Below, piece after piece: positions 27,505 to 32,000 of a DNA stretch of 32,000 bases. This DNA is from Lachnospiraceae bacterium. Lineage in GTDB: Bacteria > Bacillota > Clostridia > Lachnospirales > Lachnospiraceae. The position numbers and the translations under genes are program-made. Every line of letters begins with the position of its first letter. The stretch's first letter is position 1. Location of the stretch: contig JBMNQX010000003.1 in assembly GCA_050944355.1 (NCBI GenBank), positions 29,136 to 61,135 of the forward strand, given 5' to 3'. The notes beneath the pieces were generated by a model, which saw only the letters and a program-made list of their open reading frames with translations, searched no databases and was not told the DNA's origin.

Positions 27505-29907
27505 TCAGAGACTTACGATCGTCACGCCGGCGTCGCCTTCGCCCGGCTTTCCGATCCGGTAGCCGCGGATATATCCGAGCCCGTCGAGCCAGTTCCAGAT
27601 GCCGGCCCGGAGAGCTCCGGTTCCTTTTCCGTGTACGATGCGGACTTCGCGCAGCCCGGCCAGACTTGCGCTGTCCAGGTATTTCGAAAGCCTGCTGACG
27701 GCCTCGTCGACGGTCATGCCGATGACATTTATCTCAGACGGAACGTTCTGAGACGCCTCCATGCGCAGGGCGCCTGTGTGCACCGCGGATTCACGGTGCT
27801 TGCGCAGAAGCTCTTCGTAGCGGTCTTTCGGCTTCTTTTCCTGGACCTGCGGCGCTTTGTAATTCTCAACCATGGCCACTTCCTTCACCGGAACTGTCAT
27901 GGTCATCGAGCCGATCAGAACTTTCAGCCTTCCTTTCTTGTCCGGAGCCTGTGTGACATCGCCCTCAAGGCCGGAGGAGAGAACGCGCACATGGACACCC
28001 GGCTTGTAGTCCGACGCCGGATGTTTGCGGATCTGTTCGGCCGATTCTTCTGTCTCGGGCTTCTTGTACTTCTCGTTTTTCTTCAGTTTTTCGCGCAGGC
28101 CCTGGCGCGTCTTTTCCATCTCGCGCACATCGGCCCCGTGCCTGTTCAGCTCGCGGATCGACTCGTCCGCATAGGCCTTGGCGTCCGCCAGAATCTTCTC
28201 GGCGTTTTCGTTGGCCCGGCGCAGAATTTTGTCTTTCCGCCGCGCGATGGCCTCGCGCTGTTTTGTCAGCTCTTCCTGGAGTTTTTCGGCCTCGGCTTTG
28301 TAGCGGGCCGCTTCTTCGTGTTCTTTTTCGACCTGACTGCGCGTCTTTTCGAGATCCGACAGCAGGTCCTCGAAACGCACCTGGTCGTCGGAAAGCCGCC
28401 GCTTCGCGTCGTCGAGGATCTCGTCCGGAAGGCCGAGCTTTTTCGAGATGGCAAATGCGTTGCTCTTCCCGGGAATGCCGATCAGAAGACGGTATGTCGG
28501 CGCCAGAGTTTCGACGTCAAATTCACAGCAGGCGTTCGTGATGTCGGGCTCTGAGAGCGCATACGCCTTGAGCTCGCTGTAGTGAGTCGTCGCGATCGTC
28601 TCAATGCCTCTTTCGTGGAGTTTCGCGAGAATGGACATGGCGAGCGCCGCGCCCTCGGTCGGATCGGTTCCCGCACCGATCTCGTCGAAAAGAATCAGAC
28701 AGTGAGAGTCAGCAGCCCTGAGGATGCTGATCGTATTTGTCATGTGGGCGGAAAATGTACTCAGGTTCTGTTCGATGCTCTGCTCGTCGCCGATATCGGC
28801 GTAGATTTCCCGGTATACCGCGATCGTGGAGTGGTCGCCGGCCGGAATCAGCAGGCCGGACTGAGCCATCAGAGTCAGCAGGCCGACTGTCTTCAGCGTC
28901 ACCGTCTTGCCGCCGGTGTTCGGGCCGGTGATGACAAGCTGGTGGAAATCCGTTCCCATGCGGATGTCGATCGGGACGACGCGCTTCGGGTCGATCAGCG
29001 GATGCCTGCCTTTGCGGATGTCGAAAATTCCCTCGTCGTTCAGGGCCGGGGCACTCGCTTTCATGGAGCGCGCCAGAGCGCCCTTGGCAAATATGAGATC
29101 CAGCCGCGTCAGAATCGTGTAGTCCTCTTCGAGAATGTCCGTGTACTGCGCGCATTCCTCCGAGAGAGACTTCAGAATCACGGCGATTTCCTTTTCCTGT
29201 TCCATCGCGTTGGTCTTCAGGTCGTTGTCAAAGCGCACGACGGCCTCCGGTTCGATGAAAAGGGTGGAGCCGGACGCGGACTGGTCGTGGATCATGCCCG
29301 GAACCCTCGAGCGGTACTCTGCCTTGACGGGCAGACAGTAGCGGCCCTGGCGCGTCGTGATGACCGCGTCCTGCAGGCAGCCGCGCAGGGATCCCGTGAG
29401 CATGCGCGTGAGTTCACTGTGAATTTTTTCGTTGATGCGGTCCTGCTCGCGGCGCAGACTGCGCAGTTTCGGGCTGGCGCTGTCAGCCACCTCGTCCTCG
29501 GAGACGATGGCGCGCGTGATGCTGGTACGCAGCGGCTCCAGATCGTCGAGGACGCTCAGCAGTCCGTACAGAGAGTCGGTTTCTTCCTCATAATAGTTTC
29601 TGACGTGTCCGGCACATGCGAGCAGCTCCGCGATTTTAAGCAGCTCTCCGCAGCCGAGCGGCGCATCCGCCTTCAGGCGCCGGAGAGAGCCACGGATGTC
29701 CGTGACGCCCTCAAACGATACTTTCCCTTTGGCGAAAATGCGGCGGAGCGCATCGTCGGTTTCCTTCTGAAGAGCCCGGATCTGCCCGAGATCCGTCAGA
29801 GGCGTCAAGGCCCTGGCTGCGGCCTTGCCCGGCTCGGAATCGGCGAAAGACGCCAGCTTTTCTGTTATCTTTTCGTATTCGAGTGTATGCAGTACTTTTT
29901 TGTTCAT
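27505..29907 (-). CDS. mutS2: Endonuclease MutS2 / RqcU
   Basis: ITGPNTGGKTVTLKTVGLLTLMAQSG, LILFDEIGAGTDPTEGAALAMSIL, TTHYSELKAYAL, C-terminal Smr domain (VRIVHGKGTGALRAGIWNWL). Confidence 0.97.
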   Translation of the reverse strand: MNKKVLHTLEYEKITEKLASFADSEPGKAAARALTPLTDLGQIRALQKETDDALRRIFAKGKVSFEGVTDIRGSLRRLKADAPLGCGELLKIAELLACAGHVRNYYEEETDSLYGLLSVLDDLEPLRTSITRAIVSEDEVADSASPKLRSLRREQDRINEKIHSELTRMLTGSLRGCLQDAVITTRQGRYCLPVKAEYRSRVPGMIHDQSASGSTLFIEPEAVVRFDNDLKTNAMEQEKEIAVILKSLSEECAQYTDILEEDYTILTRLDLIFAKGALARSMKASAPALNDEGIFDIRKGRHPLIDPKRVVPIDIRMGTDFHQLVITGPNTGGKTVTLKTVGLLTLMAQSGLLIPAGDHSTIAVYREIYADIGDEQSIEQNLSTFSAHMTNTISILRAADSHCLILFDEIGAGTDPTEGAALAMSILAKLHERGIETIATTHYSELKAYALSEPDITNACCEFDVETLAPTYRLLIGIPGKSNAFAISKKLGLPDEILDDAKRRLSDDQVRFEDLLSDLEKTRSQVEKEHEEAARYKAEAEKLQEELTKQREAIARRKDKILRRANENAEKILADAKAYADESIRELNRHGADVREMEKTRQGLREKLKKNEKYKKPETEESAEQIRKHPASDYKPGVHVRVLSSGLEGDVTQAPDKKGRLKVLIGSMTMTVPVKEVAMVENYKAPQVQEKKPKDRYEELLRKHRESAVHTGALRMEASQNVPSEINVIGMTVDEAVSRLSKYLDSASLAGLREVRIVHGKGTGALRAGIWNWLDGLGYIRGYRIGKPGEGDAGVTIVSL

Positions 29908-30026
29908 GTCCTAATAATTCCTGCCCGCACAGGGCAAATTCAAACCCGCGTAAACACTGTAATCATAACAAAAGAAACAAGAAATTTCAGCTGTTCACCG
30001 AGGAAAATGTAAAGATGCGGAGGGTA

Positions 30027-30035
30027 TGCTATAAT
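30027..30035 (+). promoter_or_regulatory. Extended -10 promoter (TGCTATAAT) for the YhaM-like gene
   Basis: TG-C-TATAAT, TATAAT at 30030-30035, 24 nt upstream of the start codon; no convincing -35. Confidence 0.55.
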
Positions 30036-30059
30036 CGGTAGACAGAAACGGAGGACAGA

Positions 30060-31046
30060 ATGGTTTACATCAGAGATTTTCAGGAAAACGACAGGATTAC
30101 CGGCACATATCTGGTGCGCACGAAAGCTACCTATCAGTCCAAGAAGGGCAAAGATTATTACAGTCTGACGCTTGCGGACAAAACCGGTACGGTCGATACA
30201 AAAATATGGGACACGGAATCGCCGGCCATCGACGATTTCGAGGCCAACGACTTTGTAAACGTCAGCGGAACGGTCACCGTCTACAACGGAAAACTTCAGT
30301 TCAAGGTCGAGCGGCTCGCGAAAGCCCAGCCGGGCAGCTACAATGCCGCTGACTTTGTCCCGGCGAGCCGCTATCCGATCAAAGATATGTACCAGGAGCT
30401 GCTGCAGTTCGGCGAAAGCGTCCACAATCCGTATATCCGGAAACTTCTGGATTCCTTCTTTGTGGACGACAAAGAATTTGTCAGGACTTTTGCGAAGGGA
30501 TCGGCGGCGCGCACGGTACATCACAGTTTTATGGGCGGGCTGCTCGAGCACACGCTGTCCGTCACGAAGATCTGCGATTTTCTCGCCATGCGCTACGATT
30601 TTCTCGACCGGGATGTGCTGATCGCGTCGGCCATGCTGCACGATGTCGGCAAGACCCGCGAGATGACGCCGTTTCCGCAGGTCGATTACTCCGACGAGGG
30701 CAATCTGCTCGGCCACATCATGATCGGTTTTGAGATGGTCCGCGAGCATATGCGCGCCATCGACGGATTCCCGAAAGATCTGCAGGACGAAATCGGCCAC
30801 TGTATTCTCTCGCATCACGGCCTGCTCGAATACGGCTCACCGGTTCTCCCGAAAACGGCCGAGGCGCTCGCGCTCTCAAAAGCCGACGATCTGGACGCCA
30901 AAATGGAGACGATCCGCGAGGCCCTGAACGTCCGCAGCAGCAGTGACTGGCTTGACGTGAACAGATGGCTCGGCGGCATCCGCGTGCGCCGCACGACCGA
31001 GGACGGCACGGCATATTACCAGGGCGAAGGCGAAGAGGATTCATGA
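30060..31046 (+). CDS. 3'-5' exoribonuclease YhaM-like (OB-fold plus HD domain)
   Basis: N-terminal OB fold (SLTLADKTGTVDTKIWD...VNVSGTVTVYNGKLQFKVE), HD domain (HHSFMGGLLEHTLSVTKICDFLA, ASAMLHDVGKTREM, ILSHHG). Confidence 0.93.
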   Translation: MVYIRDFQENDRITGTYLVRTKATYQSKKGKDYYSLTLADKTGTVDTKIWDTESPAIDDFEANDFVNVSGTVTVYNGKLQFKVERLAKAQPGSYNAADFVPASRYPIKDMYQELLQFGESVHNPYIRKLLDSFFVDDKEFVRTFAKGSAARTVHHSFMGGLLEHTLSVTKICDFLAMRYDFLDRDVLIASAMLHDVGKTREMTPFPQVDYSDEGNLLGHIMIGFEMVREHMRAIDGFPKDLQDEIGHCILSHHGLLEYGSPVLPKTAEALALSKADDLDAKMETIREALNVRSSSDWLDVNRWLGGIRVRRTTEDGTAYYQGEGEEDS

Positions 31047-31049
31047 CAA

Positions 31050-32000
31050 ATGTCGGCAGGCAGACATAAGACAACAGATAAACCGCAGAACAGGAAAAGC
31101 AGCAGGCACGGCGGCCCGGAAGGCACTAAGCCCGGCAGCGGGCTCTCAAAGGGCGATGTCGTGACGCTCGACATCACGGCTCTTTCGAGCGACGGCGCCG
31201 GAATCGGCCGGTACGGGGGCCTCACGCTTTTTGTGAAGAGAACCGTCCCCGGCGACTGCGTCCGGGCGCAGATTCTGAACCTCAAAAAATCATACGGTTT
31301 CGCGAAGCTTGTTCAGGTGATCCGGGGCTCTGAGGCCCGCGTGCGCCCGGAGTGCGCGTGTGCGGACAAGTGCGGCGGCTGTCAGATCATGCAGATGACA
31401 TACAGCTCGCAGCTTGCCGCCAAAGAGACGAAAGTGCGCGACGCGCTCACCCGCATCGGCGGTCTCGACCTGACGGACGTGGACTTTTCGCCGATTCTTG
31501 GCATGGACGATCCGCACCGCTACCGCAACAAGGAACAGGTCCCGGTCGGAATCGACGCAGCAGGAAATCCTGTCTTCGGCTTCTATGCCGAGCACAGCCA
31601 CCGCATCGTCCCGATGCCGGGATATGACTGCTTACTCGGCAGCGCCGGCAACGCATATTTTATTAAAGCAATCCGCAGCTGGATTCTGAAGTACAAGATC
31701 CCGGTTTACAGCGAGCAGACGCACACCGGGCTGATCCGCCACGTCCTGATCCGCACGGCGCGTTCCGGCGAGACACTCGTGTGCCTCGTCGCGGCCTCCG
31801 AAAAGATTCCGCACATAGAAGCGCTTGTGAAAAGCCTTCAGGATATCGGCGCGTCGTCCGTGTGCCTCAATGTCCAGCCGGAGCCGAACAACGTTATTCT
31901 CGGCCGCCGCACGGTCACACTCGCCGGCAGCGGCTATATCACAGACACGATCGGAGACATCCGCTTCCGCGTGTCCCCGAACTCATTCTTTCAGGTAAAC
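31050..32000 (+). CDS. 23S rRNA (uracil-5-)-methyltransferase RlmD/TrmA family, 5' part (runs off the window)
   Basis: ATG 31050; basic N-terminus, TRAM domain (GDVVTLDITALSSDGAGIGRYGGLTLFVKRTVPGD), Fe-S cysteines (CACADKCGGCQIMQM), HRYRNKEQVPV, SPNSFFQVN. Confidence 0.92.
   Translation, partial: MSAGRHKTTDKPQNRKSSRHGGPEGTKPGSGLSKGDVVTLDITALSSDGAGIGRYGGLTLFVKRTVPGDCVRAQILNLKKSYGFAKLVQVIRGSEARVRPECACADKCGGCQIMQMTYSSQLAAKETKVRDALTRIGGLDLTDVDFSPILGMDDPHRYRNKEQVPVGIDAAGNPVFGFYAEHSHRIVPMPGYDCLLGSAGNAYFIKAIRSWILKYKIPVYSEQTHTGLIRHVLIRTARSGETLVCLVAASEKIPHIEALVKSLQDIGASSVCLNVQPEPNNVILGRRTVTLAGSGYITDTIGDIRFRVSPNSFFQVN

Noticed and set aside
28582-30012. 476-aa plus-strand ORF opposite mutS2
   Set aside because: Complement of the MutS2 coding sequence; MutS2 Walker and Smr motifs are unambiguous on the minus strand.
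1-32000. Mobile elements, prophage, CRISPR arrays, toxin-antitoxin or defence islands, tRNA/rRNA genes
   Set aside because: No transposase, integrase, array-like direct repeats or RNA gene signatures were seen by eye; the window is dominated by housekeeping and metabolic genes. A tool-based scan (tRNAscan-SE, Infernal, CRISPR finder) would be needed to exclude small elements.

Overview
The window is a GC-rich Firmicutes/Clostridia-type chromosomal segment (Lachnospiraceae-like, by gene content and order). It is almost entirely protein-coding and mostly on the + strand. Gene order: pth (3' end), mfd, ilvE, fused amino-acid ABC binding protein/permease plus ATPase, 2-hydroxyacid dehydrogenase, sucrose locus (LacI-type regulator, PTS EIIBCA with an apparent frameshift, GH32 hydrolase), conserved protein of unknown function, GltD-like oxidoreductase (-), HU, S4-domain RqcP-like, DivIC/FtsB-like, tilS, hpt, ftsH, GH13 amylase, trmD, PurM/HypE-like protein, Lrp/AsnC regulator, PLP aminotransferase, membrane-anchored acidic protein, atypical OmpR-type response regulator (-), mutS2 (-), YhaM-like exonuclease, RlmD/TrmA-family methyltransferase (5' part). 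I saw no rRNA, tRNA, CRISPR array, transposase or prophage. The most interesting signals are: (1) a canonical A_AAA_AAG slippery heptamer, in the correct phase, exactly where the PTS EIIB reading frame breaks; (2) a compact three-stem leader RNA candidate between a consensus promoter and ilvE; (3) an orphan response regulator with Glu in place of the phospho-acceptor Asp; (4) divergent promoters sharing one -35 element between gltD-like and hup; (5) a translationally coupled PurM/HypE-like / Lrp / aminotransferase module of unknown function.
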